A stretch of 64,000 nucleotides of DNA, taken from assembly GCA_002428565.1 (NCBI GenBank), contig DIXA01000046.1, positions 24,678-88,677 of the forward strand, in the 5' to 3' direction. Below, piece by piece: positions 34,547 to 43,569 of the stretch. Source of the stretch: Anaerolineales bacterium UBA6092 (GTDB lineage: Bacteria > Chloroflexota > Anaerolineae > Anaerolineales > UBA4823). Below the pieces are notes generated by a model. It saw nothing but the letters and a program-made list of their open reading frames with translations, had not been told where the DNA came from and did not search any database. Each line of letters begins with the position of its first letter. Position 1 is the stretch's first letter. The translations under genes were made by a program, and so were the position numbers.

Positions 34547-35502
34547 GACAGGCTAAGTTTCTGGCGGAAATAAGCGATGGTTTTACCCAGGCCCTCTTCC
34601 AGGCTGACGCGCGGCTCCCAACCCAGCACCTCCCTGGCCCGGCTGATATCCGGGCGGCGGCGCTGCGGATCGCTCTCGCCGCGCTGCCCCGGCTTGAACT
34701 GCACCCCCGCCGGGTTACCCACCAGGCGGTTGATCGTCTCGGCAAATTCCAGGATAGTGGTCTCAACCGGGTTGCCGATATTTACCGGGTAATGTTCAGA
34801 GGAATGCAGCAGCCGCACAATGCCCTCCACCAGGTCATCCACAAAGCAAAAGCTGCGCGTTTGCAGGCCGTCGCCGTACACCGTCAGCGGCTCACCGCGC
34901 AATGCCTGCTGGATAAAGTTTGGCACCACCCGTCCATCATCCACGTGCATGCGCGGCCCGTAGGTGTTAAAGATGCGCACCACGCGCGTGTCGATGCCGT
35001 GGAAACGGTGATAGGCCATGGTCAGCGCCTCGGCAAAGCGCTTGGCCTCATCATACACTGAGCGCGGTCCGATCGGGTCCACATGCCCCCAGTAAGCCTC
35101 CGTCTGCGGGTGCTCCAGCGGGTCGCCGTAGATCTCGCTGGTGGAGGCCAGCAGGAAGCGCGCCTGGTTGGCGCGCGCCACGCCCAGCGTATTGTGCGTG
35201 CCCAGCGCCCCAGCCTTCATCGTCTGGATAGGCAAATTGACGTATCCCAGCGGCGAATTGGCGTTGGGGCTGGCTGGCGAAGCAAAATGCAGCACGGCAT
35301 CCACTTTGCCCGGCACAAAGATAAATTCCGAAACATCATGGCGGATGAACTGAAATTTCGGGTGACCTGCCAGGTGGGCCAGGTTTTGCGGGTTGCCGGT
35401 GATGAAATTATCCATCCCCACCACCTCGTTCCCGTCAGACAGCAAACGCTCACACAGGTGAGAGCCTAAGAAACCAGCCGCTCCAGTGATCAAGATACGC
35501 AT
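34543..35502 (-). CDS. UDP-glucuronate decarboxylase (UDP-xylose synthase), extended SDR
   Basis: 319 aa. Motifs: [45 protein letters not shown]. Confidence 0.9.
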   Translation of the reverse strand: MRILITGAAGFLGSHLCERLLSDGNEVVGMDNFITGNPQNLAHLAGHPKFQFIRHDVSEFIFVPGKVDAVLHFASPASPNANSPLGYVNLPIQTMKAGALGTHNTLGVARANQARFLLASTSEIYGDPLEHPQTEAYWGHVDPIGPRSVYDEAKRFAEALTMAYHRFHGIDTRVVRIFNTYGPRMHVDDGRVVPNFIQQALRGEPLTVYGDGLQTRSFCFVDDLVEGIVRLLHSSEHYPVNIGNPVETTILEFAETINRLVGNPAGVQFKPGQRGESDPQRRRPDISRAREVLGWEPRVSLEEGLGKTIAYFRQKLSLS

Positions 35503-35541
35503 ATCATCTCTCCAAAATTCTATAAAGTCAGGTCTTGCGGC

Positions 35542-37164
35542 CTATCGCCAATCCACTCTGGCAGCCAGGCCGTCACCGGTCACTTGCTGCGCCGTGCCAT
35601 CTGCCGGGCTGACCAGCCAGATATTGCCCTGGTAAATCACCGCGATCATCAGGCGGGCAGGATCGCCCACCGGCGCAGGCGACCAGACCACCTGCTGCGG
35701 GTCCAGGCCTGCCGAGCCCTGATCGGGGAAAAGCGTCTGCCGGTTCGAGCCGTCACGGTCCATCACGCACAGCCGGTAGCGGCTGGTGCTGCTCTCGGTG
35801 GCAAAGATGGCCTGCAGGTAAGCCACCTGGTAGGCGTTTTCTATCACCGCCGGGCTTGCCTCCGTTGCCGGGCTGACCACCAGGGGCTGCACCGGCGAGG
35901 GCGAGGGATAGGCAAACATGCCCACCTCCGCCACCAGGCTCACCGGCGCGCCCCCGTCCAGCGGGATCGCCACCAGATCAAAATACGGCGATTCTTCCGC
36001 GGAGGGCACACCCGCCTTGACCACGTGATCTACCGTGTAGATCACTTTGCCATCTGGCCCCCAGCCAATCCCCGGCACCCAGGCCCAATCGCTGCCGGTT
36101 TGGAAGGGCATAATATCCAGCAGCGAGCGCATCTCATCCAGGCGCACATCCAGCAAGCCCACGCCATCCGGTCGGGCATAGCCCAACAGCAGCCCATCCA
36201 CGCCCCAGGCAAAATCCATGCCCCACCAGCCGTACACGCCGCCAGAGTTGGCCTCTAGCTGCAGGGATTTCTCCCCCAGACCGCCGCTCTGGCTGATATT
36301 GACCATGTAAAGGTCATTATTGGCCTGCCAGCCGGGGGCGGTGGGACGCGGTTCAACCGTTGAGTAAGCCAGTGCGCTCATCTCTGGCGACCAGCCCGCA
36401 AAATGGATCACGTTAGACACTTCCAGGTCAACGATCAGCGGCGTGGGCTGGTCAATTTTCACCGCCCACAGGGTATTGATCTCGTTTTCCTCGCTGCTGC
36501 TGCGGGTGTAGACCAGCCATTTTCCATCCGCCGAAAGTGAGAACACGCGCCCATCCAGGTCGCCGGTCGTGACCACCGGGCGGCGGCTGCTGGTGGTACC
36601 CTCCATCACCCAGGCGTTGCCCCCCACTAGGTAAGCCATGCGCCCAGGGATGGGCAGCGAAGCAAAGGGCGTCTGGCTGCCCACCATCAGGATCTCTGGC
36701 ACAGCCTCTTGCAGAGTGACCGTCTTGACCACGCTGGTCGAGATCAGCACATCATCTTCGTACACTCGCCGGTAGGTAGTCTCCTCCAGGCCATTTACGC
36801 CCGGCTGGCTCAGGCGCGTCTCCCCCGCGGGGAGCGACTCGTTCAGCACGGTTTGGTTGCCAAAGGCGATCACCGCCTGCTCCACGTAGAACTCCTCGCG
36901 CACCCGCACCACCTGCACATGCGAGCCGCCCGAAAGCACTGTGTACAGGGCCGGGCTGGCGCGGTCCAAACTGCCCATCACTACCCCAGCCCGGGTCAAG
37001 GCATCCTGGGCGGTGCTGCCGGCGGGCAGCTGCACCTGGTATTCCTTGCCATCCGCGGTGATGCTGACCTGGATCAATGCCTGCGTTACCTGGGGAGGCG
37101 TGCAGCCAGCCAGCACAATCACAATCATCAAAATCACGATCCATCGAGAGTGGTATAATCGCAC
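35542..37164 (-). CDS. Lipoprotein with DUF348/G5-like N-terminal region and TolB-like beta-propeller
   Basis: Likely GTG start at 37164 (ggag 9 nt upstream), giving a lipoprotein signal VRLYHSRWIVILMIVIVLAGC. A G5-like segment follows (LSQPGVNGLEETTYRRVYEDDVLISTSVV), then repeated propeller-like blades. The track start 37227 would overlap the divergent scpB start. Confidence 0.7.
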   Translation of the reverse strand: MRLYHSRWIVILMIVIVLAGCTPPQVTQALIQVSITADGKEYQVQLPAGSTAQDALTRAGVVMGSLDRASPALYTVLSGGSHVQVVRVREEFYVEQAVIAFGNQTVLNESLPAGETRLSQPGVNGLEETTYRRVYEDDVLISTSVVKTVTLQEAVPEILMVGSQTPFASLPIPGRMAYLVGGNAWVMEGTTSSRRPVVTTGDLDGRVFSLSADGKWLVYTRSSSEENEINTLWAVKIDQPTPLIVDLEVSNVIHFAGWSPEMSALAYSTVEPRPTAPGWQANNDLYMVNISQSGGLGEKSLQLEANSGGVYGWWGMDFAWGVDGLLLGYARPDGVGLLDVRLDEMRSLLDIMPFQTGSDWAWVPGIGWGPDGKVIYTVDHVVKAGVPSAEESPYFDLVAIPLDGGAPVSLVAEVGMFAYPSPSPVQPLVVSPATEASPAVIENAYQVAYLQAIFATESSTSRYRLCVMDRDGSNRQTLFPDQGSAGLDPQQVVWSPAPVGDPARLMIAVIYQGNIWLVSPADGTAQQVTGDGLAARVDWR

Positions 37165-37211
37165 AGACACCTGCTCCAAAAATCTATGAGGATACAACAC
37201 CCCATTATAGC

Positions 37212-37784
37212 ATGTCCGACCAACCAATCCCAGAAATCAGCCCCGATACCCTGGCAAAGCTCGAAGCCCTGCTGTTTGTGGCCTCCGGCGCGGTGCAGCC
37301 AGCGCAATTAGCCAGCGCACTGGAGATCACCCCGCGCGAGGTAGAAAAAGGCCTGGAGCAGCTCGAAACGCTCTACGCCCAACCCGAACATGGCCGCGGC
37401 CTGCGCTTGCAGCGCCATTTTGGGCGCGTACAGCTCACCACCGCCCCCGAAATGGCCATCATTATCGAACGCTTCTTGGGGCTGGATGCCACCAGCCGCC
37501 TGAGCCGCGCCGCCCTGGAAGCCCTGGCAATCATCGCTTACCAGCAGCCCGTCACCCGCCCAGAGATCGACGCCGTGCGCGGCGTCAACAGCGATGGCGT
37601 GCTCAAGAGCCTGCTCAGCAAGGGGCTGGTGCAAGAAGTGGGCCGGGCAGAGCGCCCCGGTCGTCCCATCCTTTACAGCACCACCGCCGATTTCTTGCAG
37701 CACTTTGGCCTGAACTCGCTGACCGAGCTGCCACCCCTCGCCCTGGAAACACCCGGCGAAGCCCCTTCAATCTTAAAGGAATAG
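37212..37784 (+). CDS. scpB: Segregation and condensation protein B
   Basis: In-frame ATG 37212. Motifs: LEALLFVASGAVQPAQLASAL, ALEALAIIAYQQPVTRPEIDAVRGV, GRPILYSTT. The track start 37077 lies inside the opposite-strand gene. TGgTATAAT at 37151-37159 is upstream. Confidence 0.85.
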   Translation: MSDQPIPEISPDTLAKLEALLFVASGAVQPAQLASALEITPREVEKGLEQLETLYAQPEHGRGLRLQRHFGRVQLTTAPEMAIIIERFLGLDATSRLSRAALEALAIIAYQQPVTRPEIDAVRGVNSDGVLKSLLSKGLVQEVGRAERPGRPILYSTTADFLQHFGLNSLTELPPLALETPGEAPSILKE

Positions 37785-37808
37785 GCCCGCGCGGCCTTAC
37801 AACCCAAC

Positions 37809-39854
37809 ATGCCCACTTATACACTTTCGCAATCCACCCTCTGGCTTGACGACCGCCCCCTGCTGACTCAAGTCGGCAGCCAGGCCGCCCTGCTGCCCGA
37901 CCCGCTGGGCAACGGCGTTTTCCTGCGCTTCTCTGCCGACACCCCGGCCTCCCGGCTGATCTTCCCTGCCGGGCAGGTTGCCCGCCTCCAACGCTTCACC
38001 GCCTGCCACCGCTACGAGCCGTTCTGGATGGTGCCGGCCGCGGGCGGCCCCGGCGAGCGCCTGCCCGCTGAGACCCAATCTCTGCTGGCCCTGCTGGAAG
38101 ATGATACCTGCCTGCTGCTGATCCCCCTGGTGGAAGAGCCGCTGCGCGCCTGCCTGCAAGGCTCGCTCAACCAACCCGATCAGATCGAGCTGGTTGCCGA
38201 CAGCGGCGACCCAAAAACCACCGCCCAGGCCATCACCGGGCTCTTCGCCGCCTGGGGCCAGGATGCCTATGACCTGGTGAGGCGCGGCGCGGAAAGCGTC
38301 TCAGCATGGCTGAAAACCGGCCGCCTGCGCCGCGAAAAGCAGCTGCCCGATTTTATGCAATACTTTGGCTGGTGCACCTGGGACGCCTTTTACCAGGAGG
38401 TGACCCACGAAAACGTGCGCCAGGGTTTGCAGTCCTTTGCCGAGGGCGGCGTGCAGCCGCGCTTCATCATCCTGGATGACGGCTGGCAATCTGAAAGCAC
38501 CCTGCCTGGCGGCGAGCGCCGCCTGACCGCCTTCGCTGCCAATGCCAAATTCCCCGGCGACCTGGGCCCCACCGTACGCATGGCCAAAGAGGAGTTCAGC
38601 ATCCGGCGCTTCCTGGTGTGGCACGCCTTCAACGGCTACTGGGGCGGCGTGGATGGCGGATCCCTGCCTGGGTACGGCGTAAGCGATGCCTGGCGCGCCT
38701 ACGCCCCTGAAATCATCGATTATGCCCCCAGCGTAGCCTTCTACTGGGGCACAAAGGTGGGCCTGGTGCCACCCGAGAGCATTGACCGCTTCTTCCAGGA
38801 TTACCACCGCCACCTGCGCCAGCAAGGCGTGGATGGCGTCAAGGTGGATAACCAGGCCGCCCTGGAAGGGCTGGGCGCAGGCTGCGGCGGGCGCGTCACC
38901 CTGATGCGCCGCTACCGCGAGGCCCTGGAAGGCTCAGCTCAGGTGCATTTTCGGGGCACGCTGATCAACTGCATGTCCAACGCTAACGAGATGCACTACG
39001 GCACGCTCAATTCGCAGTTGGTGCGCACCTCCACCGATTTTTGGCCCAACCGCCCCGAAACCCACGGCCTGCACCTCTACACCAACGCTCAGGTGGGCGT
39101 GTGGTTTGGCGAGTTTATCCACCCCGATTGGGACATGTTCCAGTCGGGCCATGCCATGGGCGCCTTTCACGCCGCCGGGCGGGCGGTCAGCGGCGCGCCG
39201 GTCTACGTTTCCGATAAGCCCGAAACGCACGACTTTGCCCTGCTACGCAAGCTGGTGCTGACCGATGGCAGTGTGCTGCTGGCGCAGGGGCCTGGGCGCC
39301 CCACCCTAGACTGTTTGTTCCACGACCCCACCCGCGAAGATGTGCTGCTGAAGATCTTTAACCACAACCTGCAAGCCGGCGTGATCGGCGTCTTCAACGC
39401 CCGCAGCGGCAGCCAGGCTCCCACCCTCCGCGGCGAGGTGCGTCCGGCGGACATTCCCGGCCTGGACGGGCAGGAGTTTGCCATCTATGCCCATAACGCC
39501 GCCGAGCTGCGTTTGCTGGGCCGCGACGAGGCCTGGCCCGTGAGCCTGCCCCCGCTGGGCTTCGAGGTGTTCACCATTGTGCCCATCCGGGATGGCGTAG
39601 CGCCCATCGGCCTGCCCGACCTGTTCAACAGCGCCGGGGCGGTGCTGACCAAAGGGCAGCCCTGCCCCAGTCAGTATCTCCTCACCCTGCAGGGCGGTGG
39701 GCGCTTCCTGGCTTACTGCCAGCCCCCCCCCTCCTGGCTGGAAGCCAACGGCCAGGCCGTAGAATTTATCTATGACGAAGACACCTGCATCCTGCAGGCA
39801 GCGCTGCCGGAAATCCCCGGCCCGCTCGAAGTGCAGATTATTTTCGAAACCTAG
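37809..39854 (+). CDS. GH36-clan raffinose-synthase / seed-imbibition (Sip1) family protein
   Basis: 681 aa. Motifs: YFGWCTWDAFYQEV, FIILDDGWQS, GVDGVKVDNQ, HPDWDMFQS. These are hallmark blocks of the raffinose synthase/alkaline alpha-galactosidase family. Confidence 0.85.
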   Translation: MPTYTLSQSTLWLDDRPLLTQVGSQAALLPDPLGNGVFLRFSADTPASRLIFPAGQVARLQRFTACHRYEPFWMVPAAGGPGERLPAETQSLLALLEDDTCLLLIPLVEEPLRACLQGSLNQPDQIELVADSGDPKTTAQAITGLFAAWGQDAYDLVRRGAESVSAWLKTGRLRREKQLPDFMQYFGWCTWDAFYQEVTHENVRQGLQSFAEGGVQPRFIILDDGWQSESTLPGGERRLTAFAANAKFPGDLGPTVRMAKEEFSIRRFLVWHAFNGYWGGVDGGSLPGYGVSDAWRAYAPEIIDYAPSVAFYWGTKVGLVPPESIDRFFQDYHRHLRQQGVDGVKVDNQAALEGLGAGCGGRVTLMRRYREALEGSAQVHFRGTLINCMSNANEMHYGTLNSQLVRTSTDFWPNRPETHGLHLYTNAQVGVWFGEFIHPDWDMFQSGHAMGAFHAAGRAVSGAPVYVSDKPETHDFALLRKLVLTDGSVLLAQGPGRPTLDCLFHDPTREDVLLKIFNHNLQAGVIGVFNARSGSQAPTLRGEVRPADIPGLDGQEFAIYAHNAAELRLLGRDEAWPVSLPPLGFEVFTIVPIRDGVAPIGLPDLFNSAGAVLTKGQPCPSQYLLTLQGGGRFLAYCQPPPSWLEANGQAVEFIYDEDTCILQAALPEIPGPLEVQIIFET

Positions 39855-39874
39855 CACCAAAATACGCATCAACG

Positions 39875-39908
39875 CCTCGTAGTAACGACTTCAGTCGTTA
39901 CTACGAGG
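39875..39908. repeat. Compact palindromic element (15-bp stem, ttca loop); same 20-mer as at 1992-2011
   Basis: cctcgtagtaacgac / ttca / gtcgttactacgagg. It is followed by a second A/T hairpin, caaaaaa-tcg-ttttttg (39911-39927), then SD gaggag and ATG 39941. Confidence 0.65.
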
Positions 39909-39940
39909 GTCAAAAAATCGTTTTTTGAGGAGACTACCAG

Positions 39941-41563
39941 ATGCCCCACCTCCACCAACCCGCCTGGCTGGAAGATGCCGTTTTTTACCAGATCTACCCA
40001 CAGTCATACTACGACTCCAACGCCGACGGCATTGGCGACATCCCCGGCATCATCCAAAAGCTCGATTACCTGCAATCGTTGGGCATCACCGCGATGTGGC
40101 TCAATCCCTGCTTCGAATCGCCCTTCCAGGATGCCGGTTACGATGTCAGTGACTATTACAAAGTAGCCCCGCGCTATGGCACCAACGAGGATCTGCACAC
40201 CCTGTTCGTTGAGGCGCGCAAGCGCGGCCTGCGCGTCCTGCTCGACCTGGTGCCCGGTCACACCTCCATCCAGCACCCCTGGTTCCAGGCCTCCGCTCGC
40301 CACGAGAAGAATGAGTACAGCGACTGGTTTGTGTGGACAGAGAGCGCCTGGAATTGGGATGTACCTGGCTACCGCATCATCAGCGGCTATGGCGAGCGAG
40401 ATGGCTCGTACCTGACCAATTTCTTCTTCTTTCAACCGGCGCTCAACTACGGCTTTGCCCAGCCCGACCCCTCCAAGCCCTGGCAGCAGCCCATCGATGC
40501 CCCCGGCCCGCAGCGCGTGCGCCAGGAACTGAAGAACATCATGCGCTTCTGGCTGGAGATGGGCGCCAGCGGCTTCCGCGTGGATATGGCTTTCTCGCTG
40601 GTCAAAGCCGACAGCGACGCCCGCCAGACCACTGCCCTGTGGCAAGAGCTGCGTGCCTGGCTGAACGAAAACTTTCCCGATGCCTGCCTCGTCTCCGAAT
40701 GGGCACGGCCGCGCCTGGCGCTGCGGGCGGGTTTCCACATCGATTTCTGCCTGCCCTTTGGCATGCCCGGCTATGTAGCCCTTTTGCGCAAGCCCTATCC
40801 GCAAAACGGCCCCGGCACCGACCCCTACGGCTTCTCCTACTTTGACCCCTCCGGGCACGGCAACATCCTCGAATTTTTGGATACTTACCTGCCGCATTAC
40901 GAGGTTACCCGCGGCCAGGGGCTGATCGCCATCCCCACCGGCAACCATGATACCAGCCCACGCCTGGCCCAGGGCCGCAGCACCGCCGACCTGGAACTGA
41001 TCTACTTGTTCCTGATGACCATGCCGGGCGCTCCCTTCATTTACTATGGTGACGAGATCGGCATGCGCTCGCTGGATGGTTTGCCCTCCAAGGAGGGCGC
41101 TTACAACCGCACCGGCATCCGTACCCCCATGCAGTGGGCAGACGCCCCCAATGCCGGTTTCTCCACCGCCCCTGCTGGGCAATTGTACCTGCCGGTGGAT
41201 CCCGCCGCCGACCGCCCCTGCGTCACCGCCCAGGAATCTGACCCGCAATCGCTGCTGCAGCGCGTGCGCCGCCTGATCGCCCTGCGCCGCCAGCACCCGG
41301 CGCTGTGCGCCAGCGGCAGCCTGGAGATCGTCCACGCTCAGCGCGGCCATTCCATCTTTGCCTACCGGCGCACGCAGGGCAGCCAATCCATCCTGGTGGC
41401 GCTGAATCCCGCCGACCAGCCTGCCGAGATCACCCTGCCGGCGGGCCTGCTCTCCGCCGCCCCCATGACGCTGTATGGCATAGATGCCGCCATCCACCGA
41501 GAAGGGGCAGAATGGCGCCTGCGCCTCCCCGGCGTCTCGGGCGGCGTTTACTTACTTCCCTAG
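39941..41563 (+). CDS. GH13 alpha-glucosidase / oligo-1,6-glucosidase-like enzyme
   Basis: 540 aa. Motifs: AVFYQIYPQSYYDSNADGIGDIPGI, GITAMWLNPCFESP, VLLDLVPGHTS, GFRVDMA, NHDT. Confidence 0.9.
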   Translation: MPHLHQPAWLEDAVFYQIYPQSYYDSNADGIGDIPGIIQKLDYLQSLGITAMWLNPCFESPFQDAGYDVSDYYKVAPRYGTNEDLHTLFVEARKRGLRVLLDLVPGHTSIQHPWFQASARHEKNEYSDWFVWTESAWNWDVPGYRIISGYGERDGSYLTNFFFFQPALNYGFAQPDPSKPWQQPIDAPGPQRVRQELKNIMRFWLEMGASGFRVDMAFSLVKADSDARQTTALWQELRAWLNENFPDACLVSEWARPRLALRAGFHIDFCLPFGMPGYVALLRKPYPQNGPGTDPYGFSYFDPSGHGNILEFLDTYLPHYEVTRGQGLIAIPTGNHDTSPRLAQGRSTADLELIYLFLMTMPGAPFIYYGDEIGMRSLDGLPSKEGAYNRTGIRTPMQWADAPNAGFSTAPAGQLYLPVDPAADRPCVTAQESDPQSLLQRVRRLIALRRQHPALCASGSLEIVHAQRGHSIFAYRRTQGSQSILVALNPADQPAEITLPAGLLSAAPMTLYGIDAAIHREGAEWRLRLPGVSGGVYLLP

Positions 41564-41577
41564 GGGGGATTATTTGC

Positions 41578-41624
41578 GAAAATAGGTGTTTTGCGTGGCA
41601 AAGCCACGCAAAACACCTATTTTT
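41578..41624. terminator. Long perfect hairpin between convergent genes
   Basis: gaaaataggtgttttgcgtggc / aaa / gccacgcaaaacacctattttc: 22-bp perfect stem, with T-rich sequence after it on the plus strand. Confidence 0.7.
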
Positions 41625-41653
41625 CATTTTTGCTATCTTACGGTGGGGTGAGC

Positions 41654-42307
41654 TTAATTTCGCGAGAAGGCGACCTGGTCGTCGGCCTCGCGCATCAGGG
41701 AGCCCAGCAGCGCCACCTCACGCCGGTAGATGACGCGCAGCTCATCGGCAAAGCGCAGCGCGTCGCCCACCTCCAGCAGCTCCTGCTTCTGCTCCAGCGG
41801 GATCTGCAAGAGCATGGCTGCCATGTTGAGATAGATCAGTGGCTCGGCGGCAATGCGCTGGAAATCCACGTCCGGTCCGCCGCGGCTCAACTGACGCACG
41901 TAGCGTTCCAGCCAGGGGCTGAGGCGCTGCTGCGCCTGCGTCAGTCCCGGCGGATCATCCAGCGGCATCGGCAGCGCCTCCACCTCCCCCATCAGATAAG
42001 GGCGATCATGCTTCAACGCCACGATGCGAAAACGCTCCTGTCCCAGCACCACCAGGTTCATGCGCCCCTGCTCCAGCGCTTCCACATGGGCGATCTGCGC
42101 CGAGCAGCCCACCTCGGCAGGCTCAGCTGGAGGGCCCAACGCCTCCAACCCGCTGTGGATCAACACCACGCCAAAGGGACTGCCCGTCTCCTGGCAGTAA
42201 GCCACCATCTGCTTGTAGCGCTCTTCGAAAATATGTAAATGCACCGGCGTCCCCGGAAATAAAACCAGGTTCAGCGGGAACAAGGGCAGATCGTAACGCA
42301 CGGGCAA
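41654..42307 (-). CDS. LON N-terminal (substrate-binding) domain protein
   Basis: 217 aa. LPLFPLNLVLFPGTPVHLHIFEERYKQMV is typical of the Lon N-domain family. No ATPase or protease domain is present. Confidence 0.85.
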   Translation of the reverse strand: MPVRYDLPLFPLNLVLFPGTPVHLHIFEERYKQMVAYCQETGSPFGVVLIHSGLEALGPPAEPAEVGCSAQIAHVEALEQGRMNLVVLGQERFRIVALKHDRPYLMGEVEALPMPLDDPPGLTQAQQRLSPWLERYVRQLSRGGPDVDFQRIAAEPLIYLNMAAMLLQIPLEQKQELLEVGDALRFADELRVIYRREVALLGSLMREADDQVAFSRN

Positions 42308-42354
42308 CCTTCCTCTCCAGGCACAGGCAAAATCAGAGTCTGCTCAAATTATAC

Positions 42355-42384
42355 TCGACAGCCCCGCGATCAACCTGCTATAAT
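42355..42384 (+). promoter_or_regulatory. Sigma-70-like promoter upstream of the M24 peptidase gene
   Basis: TCGACA (42355-42360), 18-nt spacer, TATAAT (42379-42384). SD ggaagga precedes ATG 42439. Confidence 0.5.
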
Positions 42385-42438
42385 CACTCTCGATCGAAGT
42401 GTTTCCTGTCTGCATGTTCACCTACCCGGAAGGATAAA

Positions 42439-43563
42439 ATGACCTCAAACCCCTCACCTTACTCTCAACGGCACACCCGGCTGGCGTTGGCGCTGCAAAA
42501 CGCCGGCCTGGACGCTCTGGCGCTGAACCCCGGCCCATCCCTGGTGTATCTCACCGGCTTGCACTTCCACCTCTCTGAGCGCCCGGTAATCGCGATCTTC
42601 ACCCCCAACGAGCCGCTCAAACTCGTTTTGCCAGAGCTGGAGATGCAAAAGACCACCGATCTGCCCTACCCCTTGCAGGCTTTCCCCTACGGCGAAGACC
42701 CGGATACCTGGGTCTCCGTCTTCAGCCAGGCTGCCCAGGCTGCCCACCTGGACAGGCACCTGGTGGGCATGGAGCCGCTGCGCCTGCGCCTGTTGGAATT
42801 CCACCTGCTGTGCGAAGCCGCCCCCGAGGCAGAGTTCCTGCCCGCCCAGGAAAGCATCGCCGCCCTGCGCATGAGCAAGGACGAGGGCGAAATCATGGCT
42901 ATGCGCAAAGCGGCCGAGATCGCCCAAAAAGCCCTGCTCAACACCCTGCCCATGGTGCACCCCGGCGTCACCGAGCGCGAAATAGCCGTCGAGCTCACCC
43001 TGCAAACCCTGCGCACCGGCTCTGACCCCGAAATGCCCTTTGCCCCCATCGTCTCGGGCGGCCCCAACTCAGCCAACCCGCACGCCACCCCCACCGACCG
43101 CCCGTTGGCGCACGGCGACCTGCTGGTGATCGACTGGGGCGCGGCCTACCAGGGCTACTTCTCGGATATCACCCGCACCTTTGCCATCGGCCCGGTAGAC
43201 CCGGAACTGGAAAAGATCGCTCAGATCGTAGCGGAGGCCAACGCCGCCGGGCGCGCCGCCGCCCGGCCCGGGCAGACCGCCGAAAAAGTGGATCGCGCCG
43301 CCCGCATGGTGATCGAGAAAAGCGGCTATGGGCCATATTTCACCCACCGCACCGGGCATGGCCTGGGCATGGAGGGCCACGAAGAGCCCTACATCCGCTC
43401 TGGCAATAAAACCATCCTGACCCCTGGCATGACCTTCACCGTTGAGCCGGGCATCTACCTCCCCGGACGCAACGGTGTGCGCATCGAGGATGATGTCGTC
43501 ATCACCGCCAGCGGCGCAGAGAGCCTCACCCACCTGCCCCGCCTGCTGCAGCAACTGGATTAA
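42439..43563 (+). CDS. Xaa-Pro aminopeptidase/dipeptidase (M24B family)
   Basis: 374 aa with a creatinase/prolidase-like N-domain. Metal-ligand blocks: DLLVIDWGAAYQGYFSDITRT, HRTGHGLGMEGHE, VEPGIY, IEDDV. Confidence 0.9.
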   Translation: MTSNPSPYSQRHTRLALALQNAGLDALALNPGPSLVYLTGLHFHLSERPVIAIFTPNEPLKLVLPELEMQKTTDLPYPLQAFPYGEDPDTWVSVFSQAAQAAHLDRHLVGMEPLRLRLLEFHLLCEAAPEAEFLPAQESIAALRMSKDEGEIMAMRKAAEIAQKALLNTLPMVHPGVTEREIAVELTLQTLRTGSDPEMPFAPIVSGGPNSANPHATPTDRPLAHGDLLVIDWGAAYQGYFSDITRTFAIGPVDPELEKIAQIVAEANAAGRAAARPGQTAEKVDRAARMVIEKSGYGPYFTHRTGHGLGMEGHEEPYIRSGNKTILTPGMTFTVEPGIYLPGRNGVRIEDDVVITASGAESLTHLPRLLQQLD

Positions 43564-43569
43564 TCCCCC

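Noticed and set aside
37077-37211. 45-codon N-terminal extension of scpB
   Set aside because: It lies inside the opposite-strand lipoprotein gene. A ScpB-like N terminus (LEALLFVASG.. about 17 residues in) fits ATG 37212.
40004-41497. 497-aa minus-strand ORF inside the GH13 alpha-glucosidase gene
   Set aside because: Antisense shadow with low-complexity Gly/Ala/Gln/Val translation. The plus frame has GH13 signature motifs.
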